This document shows positions 31,727-40,456 of a DNA stretch of 64,000 bases, piece after piece. Position numbers and translations under genes: made by a program. This DNA is from an uncultured Barnesiella sp. Its GTDB lineage: Bacteria > Bacteroidota > Bacteroidia > Bacteroidales > Barnesiellaceae_A. The notes under the pieces are model-generated. The model saw only the letters and a program-made list of their open reading frames with translations. It was not told the origin of the DNA and did no database searches. The stretch spans positions 40,123-104,122 of the forward strand of contig CALUJY010000005.1 of assembly GCA_944321085.1 (NCBI GenBank), given 5' to 3'. Position 1 is the stretch's first letter. Each line of letters begins with the position of its first letter.

Positions 31727-32755
31727 TCAGTCGAGCATAAGGGTCACATAAGGGAGGGTAGGAGCTATATGGCAAGAACCTTCATTCGTCTGTCCGAAGA
31801 TAAATTCGGCAAGGCCGTTTACCGATAGTCTTACTACATCGGCCTCGCTGTGTGTCGGTTGCGATACTCTTCCGTTGGCAATATGCCATATCCCGTTGTT
31901 ACGAGGTATCAGCTCGTCGTCGACGGTCACGTTTACGACTGCTTCGGGGTGAGTCGCAGCCCATTGTTCCAGTATGGTAGGCACATGGGTGATGCGTATC
32001 ATGGCACGTGGCGTACCTGTCAGTGCAGGCCGGTTGCAGACGATGCGACGGCTGCCGTAGCGCTCTTTGAGGCAGAAAGTCAATGCTGCTGTCGCTGTTG
32101 CCGACATTGTCACATACTCTTTGACAACAACCCGGTCGGGTTCTGTAATGACAAACGCGAGTGCACAAAGTAATCCGTCGGGGGCTGCTATGGCATGTAC
32201 GTGTCCGCCCGACAGTCTGAGGTCGGCCAATATGATGTAATAGTCGGGGCGCATGTGCAATACGGTAGCATCGCGTTTGCGGCAGAGCTTGTCGTATAGT
32301 TTATGTTGCTTGTCGGCCGGAATTTTGCATTCGCGGTAGCCGTGCGGCATGGTATCGGGCGGTTCGAGCGATGTTTCTAAGGTGTGGCATACTGTGGCAA
32401 AGCCGCTATGGGCGTAGTAGTCGAACAGCCAAGGCTCGGCAGGAATAAGCAGGCTCAATGCGGTGCCTTTGTCGCCCAGCTCCTGCAATGTGCGATTGAG
32501 TAACTTGCGCATGTGCCCTTTGTTGCGTTCTTGTGGGGCTGTTGCTACACCGGCGATGTAGGAGCAGTCGAACTCAGAGCCCCATGCCATAAATGTATAG
32601 GGTAGAATTTGCAACATGGAGAGCAATCTCCCTTCGCGCTCGTATGAACGCAGGTAAGCCGGATTGTAAACGTGGTCGAAAAAGAGCCTCACAAAAGACT
32701 CATTGTCATGGAAGCACGTTTGCCAAAGCCCTATAACTTGTTCGCGAGTTGCCAT
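31727..32755 (-). CDS. GNAT-family N-acetyltransferase (Eis-like, with C-terminal SCP2-like domain)
   Basis: 'IAGVATAPQERNKGHMRKLLNRTLQEL' acetyl-CoA-binding motif. The ~340-aa length and architecture are typical of Eis-like enzymes. Confidence 0.8.
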   Translation of the reverse strand: MATREQVIGLWQTCFHDNESFVRLFFDHVYNPAYLRSYEREGRLLSMLQILPYTFMAWGSEFDCSYIAGVATAPQERNKGHMRKLLNRTLQELGDKGTALSLLIPAEPWLFDYYAHSGFATVCHTLETSLEPPDTMPHGYRECKIPADKQHKLYDKLCRKRDATVLHMRPDYYIILADLRLSGGHVHAIAAPDGLLCALAFVITEPDRVVVKEYVTMSATATAALTFCLKERYGSRRIVCNRPALTGTPRAMIRITHVPTILEQWAATHPEAVVNVTVDDELIPRNNGIWHIANGRVSQPTHSEADVVRLSVNGLAEFIFGQTNEGSCHIAPTLPYVTLMLD

Positions 32756-33124
32756 ATAATTGTTATTTGTTTAGTACAAATATAACCGTGGGCGAAAGCC
32801 GAGGCAAACGAAAACGGAGTTTCCCGATTTGACTTAGCCGAGCCACTTTTTATATTTTACAAATATATGGAAAGTTGGGAGCAATGCAAAATATATGTAC
32901 TGTTTTGCATTGTCGTCGGAGTCGATGTATGCCGTTAAATGGAAAGGGCATCGGTATAATAAAATTATTGTTTTATTTTCGTGGTCGTTCGATACAAGTG
33001 AGTATTGGGGTAGAGCTGTATTGTGAGATAAGCCGACGGTGTTTTTGTACAGAATCAGCGCTTCTTTACTTTTTGTTGCTTCTTTTCCGTTCACACTCTG
33101 TTGTTCTTTTTTTTAGTTTTTCCT

Positions 33125-33322
33125 TCAACCACTCGCGTATCACTTTTTCTCGGTTGCCTCTTTTCTGTTTCTTCCTTGGTCACTTGTGTACCCCCCTTTT
33201 CTCGTCTTCTCTCAATTACTCGCGTATCACTTTTTTGTGTTGTTCCCATTTTCCGTTTCCCTTCAACTATTCGCGTAACCCTTTTCCCATTGCCTCTCTC
33301 ACAATTACCCGTGAGCACTTTT
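33125..33322. repeat. five degenerate ~44-bp direct repeats (pyrimidine-rich on + strand)
   Basis: Core 'TCAAnnAnTCGCGTAnCaCTTTT' at 33125, 33212 and 33253. Weaker copies at ~33176 (GGTCACTTGTGTACCCCCCTTTTC) and 33301 (ACAATTACCCGTGAGCACTTTT). Confidence 0.5.
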
Positions 33323-33341
33323 CGCTTATCGTTATATGACA

Positions 33342-33376
33342 AAAACGCCGCGCATCGGTGCGATACGCGGCGTTTT
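33342..33376 (-). terminator. hairpin immediately 3' of tRNA-Ser
   Basis: AAAACGCCGCG (33342-33352) / CGCGGCGTTTT (33366-33376), an 11-bp perfect stem abutting the tRNA 3' end. Confidence 0.6.
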
Positions 33377-33377
33377 G

Positions 33378-33464
33378 CGGAAAGAGGGGGATTCGAACCC
33401 CCGGTACCCATTCGAGTACGTCAGTTTAGCAAACTGGTGGTTTCAGCCACTCACCCATCTTTCC
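33378..33464 (-). tRNA. tRNA-Ser (anticodon GCU)
   Basis: The reverse complement reads GGAAAGATGGGTGAGTGGCTGAAACCACCAGTTTGCTAAACTGACGTACTCGAATGGGTACCGGGGGTTCGAATCCCCCTCTTTCCG. It has a 7-bp acceptor stem, anticodon loop TTGCTAA, a long variable arm and the T-loop GGTTCGAATCC. The TATCTTTG promoter motif (complement of 33501-33508) lies upstream. Confidence 0.9.
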
Positions 33465-33959
33465 TTTGGGTAGGAATAACTCCTTTTGCCAAATGCGATG
33501 CAAAGATAGTGTTCTATATCTGTTTATGCAAGTTTTTAGGATGTTTTCTGCAAATAAAAAATAAGCTGGCAGATAACTCTCTTGTTATCAACAGCGAATG
33601 GGTCGGCTGCTTGTGTGGTGTTTTGCCTTTTCATTCGGCCTATCGTATTTTGTCGGGTTTCGGGCTGTTTATCATCGGGCGACATGTTGCACGTTTCTTG
33701 TCGATGCGAGAACCACAATAGGCGTGAGCCCCCCTGTGGCGGCAGGTAAAAGTCTTTTGACATGATGGCTTGTATTGTCTGAGGCGGGCTTCATACTCGA
33801 CGAAGATTTCGATGAAATTAAGCCGGTTTGTCGCCTGAAAGATGACTTTACGCAGAGTAATTTTTTTGAAAAAATTGAAACGATACGCGACGTATGCGCA
33901 TAAATTTGTATTTTTGAAATTCATTGTGCGTTGCACACAATACCTACACAAACGTAATC

Positions 33960-34814
33960 ATGGGAAAAAGAAACAAACCGGGATTTTGGAAACGCATGCA
34001 GGCACGCTATAAGCTGTCGTTTTTCAATGAAAATACACTCGAAGAGGTGTGGACGTTGCATCTGTCGCGTGTGGGGGCTGTGATTGTGGCTGTTATCGTG
34101 GTGGCCTTCATTGTCGTTTTGGTTCTTTCGTTTGTTTTGGGCACGCCCGCACGGACTTTATTGCCCGGTTATTTGCGCACCGAAGACCGTTTGCAGATGG
34201 TCGATAATACTTTGCGGATAGATTCGCTTATGGACGAGATGCAGATACGCGATTATTATCTTGCAAATATCCGTGCCATTCTTTCGGGAGAAATTACCGT
34301 TGACAGTTTGCTGCCACAAAATGATACGACGCGTGTATGGCAGCCCGACATTCTTACCAAATCATCGCAGGCAAGCGAGGCTTTTGCCGATGCTTATGAG
34401 CAGGAAGAGCGGTTTATGCTTAATACGCTGCCCAAACCCGATGAAGGGTTGGTTTTCTATCCTCCTGTCAAAGGAATAATAACTCAACATTACGATGCGG
34501 GTAAAACAAGTTATGGCGTCGGGATACAGGCTGCAAGACGGGCGGCTGCTTCGGCGGTACTCGATGGTACGGTGGTATCGGTGACTTATACCATAGAAAA
34601 TGGGTATGTGATTATCATCCAGCATAATAATAACTATATGAGTATATACCGGAATAATATGGAAGCATTGCGTAAGGTGGGTGATGTTGTCGCGGCCGGT
34701 GAGAAAATTGCCATCATAGGGTTACCGGGAGATAACAGTAACGATATAGTTGCGGAATTTGAGTTGTGGCATGCCGGTGTTTCTCTCGACCCTGAAATGC
34801 ATATCGTATTTTGA
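33960..34814 (+). CDS. M23-family metallopeptidase (membrane-anchored)
   Basis: N-terminal TM. The C-terminal LytM-type region has 'GVGIQAARRAAASAVLDGTVV…GYVIIIQHNNNYMSIYRN…GDVVAAGEKIAIIG…FELWHAGVSLDP'. Confidence 0.85.
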   Translation: MGKRNKPGFWKRMQARYKLSFFNENTLEEVWTLHLSRVGAVIVAVIVVAFIVVLVLSFVLGTPARTLLPGYLRTEDRLQMVDNTLRIDSLMDEMQIRDYYLANIRAILSGEITVDSLLPQNDTTRVWQPDILTKSSQASEAFADAYEQEERFMLNTLPKPDEGLVFYPPVKGIITQHYDAGKTSYGVGIQAARRAAASAVLDGTVVSVTYTIENGYVIIIQHNNNYMSIYRNNMEALRKVGDVVAAGEKIAIIGLPGDNSNDIVAEFELWHAGVSLDPEMHIVF

Positions 34815-35122
34815 TTGAAACGAAAAAGCCCTTGTCCCGTGAACTTTCGGAGCAAGGGTTTGTTTTATTGACAAATGGCAGTATTACCCGTAGAGACGGG
34901 AATAATGTCATTGTTATCATTGTTACCGGCGGCATGGAGGCATGTTATGTTCTCATGGCATATGCAAGCTCATTTGCCGGTTTTTCAGCAACGATATTCT
35001 TGTTTTTGTGTGTTTCATTGGTACTATTATTTCCTTATCATGCCCGTCTGGCAATCGATAAGATTCCTCTTTCTTGTTTTTGATAGTGTAGAAGCTGCAT
35101 CGTGATGATGCGGCTTTTATTT

Positions 35123-36166
35123 TTATTTGATGTTGCGTTTATTGAGGGCTGCGTGATATTTTGCCGCGTTGCGGTTGTGCTCCGACAAGGTGCAGGCAAA
35201 GGCGTGGTAGCCCGATAAGTCATCTTTGGCACACATATACAGGTAGTTGTGATGTGTGTAGTGTAATACTGCCTCTGATGCCGTTTTCGAGGGGATGCGT
35301 ATGGGCGATGGCGGTAGCCCGGCATAGAGGTATGTGTTGTAGGGCGAGTCGGTAGCAAGATGTTTGTTGAGAATGCGGCGTAGCGAGAAGTCCCCCACGG
35401 CATACTTTACAGTGGGGTCGGCTTGCAACAGCATGCCTCGGCGCAAACGGTTGATGTATAGTCCTGCTACGATGGGCATCTCATCGGCTTTGGCCGTCTC
35501 TTCTTCTACAATCGATGCTAATATCGATACTTCTAAGGGCGACAAACCGGCTTCGTTTGCAAGGCGTTTGCGGTCATCGTTCCAATATAGTTTGTAATAG
35601 TAGTGCATGCGGTCTAAAAAGCGGCGGGGCGATACCGTCCAGTAAAATTCGTACGTGTCGGGGATAAACATGGCAATGATTGTTGTGGTATCGAATCCGT
35701 ATGAAGCGCACACCGACGGGTCGGAAAGAAGGGCGGATATGGTATCGGTATCCATATAAAATACGTCGCCGATGCGTTCGATGAGTTGCTCTTTTGTGCG
35801 TAGGTTGTTGAAAGTAAACCGTATGGGCGTTTCGCTGCCAGCCGTCAGTTTACGGGCGGCCTTATATATCGAGAGTTGCGGCGACAGTTCGTAATATCCA
35901 CATCGTTCATGCCCGGTGGTGCCATATCCCATATATTCCATGAGCGTTGCCACGCGTTTGGCCGTAACCTCGGGGATGTATTGCGATAACTGCATGCTTA
36001 CCGAGTCGGCCGGTAAATCCGGTGTAAGGTATATACATGCTTTTTCTTTGCCTATGGGGTCGTACATGTACACCTTGCATATCCATCCCGCCATAGCTAG
36101 AATTATTATGAGAAAAGCCGCTACGATGGTTATCCAAATCGTTTTGTTGCCTGTTGTATTCTTCAT
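35123..36166 (-). CDS. mltG: endolytic murein transglycosylase MltG (YceG-like)
   Basis: N-terminal TM and 'LASIVEEETAKADEMPIVAGLYINRLRRGMLLQADPTVKY…SPYNTY…GLPPSPI' YceG signatures. An alternative upstream start is at 36208. Confidence 0.9.
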   Translation of the reverse strand: MKNTTGNKTIWITIVAAFLIIILAMAGWICKVYMYDPIGKEKACIYLTPDLPADSVSMQLSQYIPEVTAKRVATLMEYMGYGTTGHERCGYYELSPQLSIYKAARKLTAGSETPIRFTFNNLRTKEQLIERIGDVFYMDTDTISALLSDPSVCASYGFDTTTIIAMFIPDTYEFYWTVSPRRFLDRMHYYYKLYWNDDRKRLANEAGLSPLEVSILASIVEEETAKADEMPIVAGLYINRLRRGMLLQADPTVKYAVGDFSLRRILNKHLATDSPYNTYLYAGLPPSPIRIPSKTASEAVLHYTHHNYLYMCAKDDLSGYHAFACTLSEHNRNAAKYHAALNKRNIK

Positions 36167-36182
36167 TATTTCCGATTTTTTA

Positions 36183-37010
36183 TTACTTGTTATTGTCCTT
36201 GTATCCAAGCTCTTGCAATAGTTGCCTATTCCATAACGACCGCTCTTTGTCGCGGAACCAACCCCATTTGTTGAAATATTTTATCATGTTTACGATGTGT
36301 ATTCTCAGCATCTTCAAGCTCTTGTACGATTCGGCCTTATGGGCATGTACAATAGTTACCTCAGGCCAAAACATGGTGCGGTAGTAGCGGTGCATGCGGC
36401 GTGTGATGTCGATATCTTCGGGGTACATGAAAAAACGCTCGTCGAAGAGCCCTACCTTCTCGAAACATGCTACTCTGAAAAACATGAAGCTGCCCTGATG
36501 GTAGGGTACGTTCATCTCATGCTTGTGATTATCGAAGGCAAGACAATATCTGCGATTCATCTTTCTTGTCATGCCTGCGGGCAGAAATCGCCTGAATAAC
36601 AGATTGGCGGGCGTCGGTAGGAGCCTCACCGCATATTGCAGCTGCCCGTCGGGATAGACGACATTGGGTATCAGCTGGGCTACATCGCGATGGGTCTCCA
36701 TGTAATGGACGATTTTTTCTATGACACCCTCGTCGAAATAGACATCGGGATTTATCACCAAGTGATAATCGGCGTGCATGTTTATGGCCCTTCTTATAGC
36801 AATATTGTGCCCGGCGCCATACCCCAGATTTTTGTCGTTGAAGATATATTCTACCTCGCTCCACTTCGAGCAGAACTCTTGCAATTCGTTGCTCGGCGAG
36901 TTGTCGCTTATATAGATAGGAGCAATACCATTTTTGCGCATCGAGTCTATGCACCTCGATAATTCATCGAGGCGGGTTTTGTAGGTTACAATCGACGCGG
37001 AAACAATCAT
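36183..37010 (-). CDS. family-2 glycosyltransferase
   Basis: 'SASIVTYKT…' then 'YISDNSP' and 'NLGYGAGHN' (DxD / GT-A fold motifs). The TATCTTTG motif (complement of 37049-37056) lies upstream of the 37010 start, so the longer ORF start (37073) is disfavoured. Confidence 0.85.
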   Translation of the reverse strand: MIVSASIVTYKTRLDELSRCIDSMRKNGIAPIYISDNSPSNELQEFCSKWSEVEYIFNDKNLGYGAGHNIAIRRAINMHADYHLVINPDVYFDEGVIEKIVHYMETHRDVAQLIPNVVYPDGQLQYAVRLLPTPANLLFRRFLPAGMTRKMNRRYCLAFDNHKHEMNVPYHQGSFMFFRVACFEKVGLFDERFFMYPEDIDITRRMHRYYRTMFWPEVTIVHAHKAESYKSLKMLRIHIVNMIKYFNKWGWFRDKERSLWNRQLLQELGYKDNNK

Positions 37011-37307
37011 ATTTATACTATCCTTTGCAGTGTGGCTGACGTAGTGTGCAAAGATAGCACAAACGAGGGGCAAAACGAAGAAAGCATGGCCTTAATTTCT
37101 TATGCCGGGTGCAGATTGATCTTGTGCGGGCAAATGTAAAAAGAGCCGTTGAACATTCTTTTTTGTATCTTCTATTAGTTTAATGATTATTGGATGTTGA
37201 ACAGAATGAGCGGAGAGTTGTTCTATTACCAAAGCGCGTGTAGCGGGGCGCATCAGCTCTGCGGCATGTGTCAGAGAAAATGATTTATCAATTAAATTTA
37301 TCAAGAC

Positions 37308-38477
37308 ATGAGAATGAAACTAATCCCTTATCGGGTGGCAGCAGTCGCTGTTGTGGCGTTGCTGGCGTCGCAGCCTGCCGCAGAAGCGCAGGTAATGGTT
37401 CAAGAGGAGGTCGTGGAATGGTTGCCGGGTAAACCGCGTTATTATGCCGAGAGCGCTCTCGACAATTGGTATATATCGGCGGGTGCAGGTACGCAGACAT
37501 TTTTTACCGAGCACGAAGGCGACCCCAAGTTTACGTTGGCAATGAATCTTGCTGTGGGTAAGTGGTTTACACCGAACTTGGGCTTCCGTATGAGTGCAAT
37601 GGCCGGTGAGTTGCATTATAACCAGCCCGGACATGTAGCGTCGATGAAATATACGGCAGCATATATGGATGTGTTATGGAATATGACTGCTGCTTGTTGC
37701 GGATACAATGAAAATCGAGTCTTTTCGTTTATTCCTTTCATCGGTTTGGGAGCCGCATACGGCTGGGACCATAGTAACGGTTTGAAACACTCCTATGCTC
37801 TGCCGGTAACGGGTGGTTTCAAGATAAATTTCAGATTGGCACATTACGTCGATCTCTTTATGGAGGCTCGTGCAACAGGCTTTACCGACCAATTTAACGG
37901 TATTGTACGTGGCCGCCAGATAGAAATGGTGGCATCGGCCGTGGCCGGTATCACAGTCAAGTTCAGGCACGACCGCTTCAAAGCCTACGATGCTTATGCC
38001 GATCGTCTGGCTATTGCCGAGTTGAATCGTCGTACCAACCAATTGCGAGCCGAACTGGATGCTTGCCGTTCGCGTAAGATAGAATGTCCGCCTTGTCCCG
38101 AGGCATCGGTCGAGGAAGTTGTAGTAGTGCAACCGGCACCTTGCCAAGGAACCATTACGGCATCGGTAGCATTCGACATCAACAGCTCAACCGTATCGCA
38201 ACGCGAGATGGTGAATGTATATAACGTGGCACAATGGCTCAAAGATAATCCCGAGTGCAACGTGACCATCACCGGCTATGCCGACAAAGGTACCGGAACA
38301 GCAGCATACAACATGCAGCTCAGTAAGAAACGTGCCGAAAGCGTAGCAAAATTGCTCACCGAGAAATATGGCATTTCGTCGAACCGTATCCATGTCGTAG
38401 GAGAGGGCAGCAACAGCCAGCCGTTCCCGCAAGACAACAACTGGAACCGCATCGTGATTTTCACCGGTGGTGAGTAA
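37308..38477 (+). CDS. OmpA-family outer-membrane protein (beta-barrel + OmpA C-terminal domain)
   Basis: Signal peptide and an N-terminal barrel. The C-terminal 'VTITGYADKGTGTAAYNMQLSKKRAESVAKLL' is an OmpA-like peptidoglycan-binding motif. Confidence 0.85.
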   Translation: MRMKLIPYRVAAVAVVALLASQPAAEAQVMVQEEVVEWLPGKPRYYAESALDNWYISAGAGTQTFFTEHEGDPKFTLAMNLAVGKWFTPNLGFRMSAMAGELHYNQPGHVASMKYTAAYMDVLWNMTAACCGYNENRVFSFIPFIGLGAAYGWDHSNGLKHSYALPVTGGFKINFRLAHYVDLFMEARATGFTDQFNGIVRGRQIEMVASAVAGITVKFRHDRFKAYDAYADRLAIAELNRRTNQLRAELDACRSRKIECPPCPEASVEEVVVVQPAPCQGTITASVAFDINSSTVSQREMVNVYNVAQWLKDNPECNVTITGYADKGTGTAAYNMQLSKKRAESVAKLLTEKYGISSNRIHVVGEGSNSQPFPQDNNWNRIVIFTGGE

Positions 38478-38650
38478 TAATAACTTCATACTCATATAAG
38501 TCCCGGCAGCCCGATAGCCTGTCGAGGTGCGAATCGAGTATCGAGGCACTGAGCTTTGTACAGATACTAAGCCGATGTGCCGCACCGAAACGCAGCCATT
38601 GTCAACGGAATCGTACTCCGTCAAGCTATCGATTTTGCTTCTATTTGTGA

Positions 38651-38690
38651 GGGTGCGCCTGATTGAAAAATCGGAGCGCACCTTTATGTG
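38651..38690 (+). terminator. imperfect hairpin + T-rich tail downstream of the ompA-family gene
   Basis: GGTGCGC (38653-38659) / GCGCACC (38676-38682) core stem, with partial extension, then TTTATGTG. It marks the last core-like sequence before the AT-rich island. Confidence 0.45.
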
Positions 38691-39154
38691 TATAGATAAT
38701 GTCTTATTTGAGAGATGTAACATGTAAAATAATATGGAATATTTAGTATGGCCAATGCTTCGGCCTAGTTTGAGTTGAAAAATTCGTTCCCGTTTGCCTG
38801 CGCACTTACTTTTACGTATATTTGTATGAAAAAGATCTAAGTGATTGAATATGAGTTGCAGCTACCAATTCATAGTAGTAATAGGTTGTGAATTAGTTAT
38901 CCGCTGTTTTATTCTTCTGCACGTTGCGTAACCTTCAAAGAACTTTTCGTATGCAAAGTAGATTTAAATGTCTATGTTGAAGTAAAAATCCAGCTTTTTA
39001 AGCTTCGCAGGCAAGTTTTTCAGTAAAAGCTAATACCATATTTTTAAGCTTAGTGTTCTCTTTTTTGTGATTTTCTTGCCAGATAGCCATATATTTACAG
39101 ATGAAGCTGAAAGTGAAAATAAATCAATATCTTTGAGCATTATAAGTTGGTGAT

Positions 39155-39361
39155 ATGAAAGAACTAAACCGATTGAACGTTGTATTGTGTGAAAAAAAAG
39201 CGTACAAGCAAGAGGCTGGCAGGACAAATGAATCTCAATCTGTCTACTGTGTCAAAGTGGTGTACCCATACATCTCAGCCGGATTTGGGCAGCCATTAAC
39301 TATCGCAAACCTAAAATCCAACTGTGCGACCATTGTGTTCGCAACCGATGGCTACTTTTGA
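39155..39361 (+). pseudogene. XRE-type HTH gene, frameshifted
   Basis: Frame 0 gives MKELNRLNVVLCEKK. After the A8 run (39192-39199), the +1 frame continues RTSKRLAGQMNLNLSTVSKWCTHTSQPDLGSH*, the classic small Bacteroidales HTH pattern (…KWLAEQ…TVSKWC.N..QP.L). The reading frame is broken at the homopolymer and ends prematurely. Confidence 0.5.
39353..39360 (+). promoter_or_regulatory. TAnnTTTG motif upstream of the WYL gene
   Basis: TACTTTTG lies 17 nt upstream of the ATG at 39377. Confidence 0.35.
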
Positions 39362-39376
39362 AAAAAATATTAAGAT

Positions 39377-40411
39377 ATGCCTACAAATAAGAATGCTTTA
39401 ACGAGATACAAATATCTGGATGAAATGTTGTCTGACAGACATCATTTCTATGACATTCATGACCTGACAGAGAAATGCAATGAGAAACTTATTGATGCAG
39501 GATTTCCCGAAGTATCTCAACGTTGTATTGAAAAAGATATAAACTATTTGGAATATGATCCATTCTATGCCGAAATAGAACGTTATAGGGTAAATAGTCG
39601 TCGGTGTATTAGGTATAAAGACCCCTCATTTACAATCTTTCGTAAAGAACTGAGTGAAGAGGAGCGTAATTTGATATTGGAGGTTCTTAATACAATAGGA
39701 CAATTTGACGGCCTGCCCCATTTTGAGTGGCTCGATAGTTTCAAAACCGGACTTGGTCTGAAGAAACGTCCTCGAATCATTAGCTTTAGCAATAACCCAT
39801 ATTTGCAGAATTCCAACTTGTTAGGTGTATTGTTCGACAATATATCAAACCAAGTTGTCGTAGGGTTGGAGTATCATACTTTTGCGGATAAGGGAAATAG
39901 AAGAATCATTATTCATCCCTATTTGCTTAAACAATATAATAATAGATGGTACTTGATTGGTGCAGCGGATAATGATGCCAAAATCCTCAATTTCGCTCTC
40001 GACAGAATTGATGCCGTGACAGCCCTTCCTGAAATGAAATACAAACCATGTAATGAAGACTTGGCAGAGCGATTCGAAGATATTATAGGAGTAACCCTGT
40101 ATGAGGACAGGAATATTGAACATATTTTGTTTTGGGTGAGTAATCAATCAAAGGACTACATGGAAACCAAGCCTATTCATGGTTCACAATGTCAATATAA
40201 AGGTGAAAAAGAAGAAGAATTCCGTAGACAATACCCATCTCTTTATGAGGGTGCGTTTTTCTCAATAGATTGCATCCCTAACTATGAGTTGATCCGTGAA
40301 CTTTCTTCCTTTGGCAAAGAACTTATAGTGTTGTCGCCGTCATACATACAAGACGATATTTTTAACCGTATTAAATCAATGCTCGATATTTATTCTATAG
40401 TGCGAATATAG
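39377..40411 (+). CDS. WYL-domain transcriptional regulator (wHTH-WYL-WCX architecture)
   Basis: N-terminal 'NKNALTRYKYLDEML…' wHTH-like region. Central 'IIIHPYLLKQYNNRWYLIGA…ILNFALDRIDAV' is a WYL-domain signature. C-terminal '…ELIRELSSFGKELIVLSPSYIQDDIFNRI' resembles a WCX extension. Confidence 0.85.
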   Translation: MPTNKNALTRYKYLDEMLSDRHHFYDIHDLTEKCNEKLIDAGFPEVSQRCIEKDINYLEYDPFYAEIERYRVNSRRCIRYKDPSFTIFRKELSEEERNLILEVLNTIGQFDGLPHFEWLDSFKTGLGLKKRPRIISFSNNPYLQNSNLLGVLFDNISNQVVVGLEYHTFADKGNRRIIIHPYLLKQYNNRWYLIGAADNDAKILNFALDRIDAVTALPEMKYKPCNEDLAERFEDIIGVTLYEDRNIEHILFWVSNQSKDYMETKPIHGSQCQYKGEKEEEFRRQYPSLYEGAFFSIDCIPNYELIRELSSFGKELIVLSPSYIQDDIFNRIKSMLDIYSIVRI

Positions 40412-40428
40412 AGTTCGTAATCATAAAC

Positions 40429-40436
40429 TAACTTTG
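40429..40436 (+). promoter_or_regulatory. TAnnTTTG motif upstream of the helicase gene
   Basis: TAACTTTG lies 21 nt upstream of the ATG at 40457, in the 45-nt gap after the WYL gene. Confidence 0.35.
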
Positions 40437-40456
40437 TATCAATAAAAAATGATTAT

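Noticed and set aside
33120-33340. Possible CRISPR array
   Set aside because: The repeats are degenerate rather than near-identical. There are no constant-length unique spacers, and no cas genes occur anywhere in the window.
33091-33721. ORFs 33091-33411 (-) and 33101-33721 (+) with internally repeated peptides
   Set aside because: Both run straight through tRNA-Ser and its terminator. The peptide repeats only reflect the 44-bp DNA repeats.
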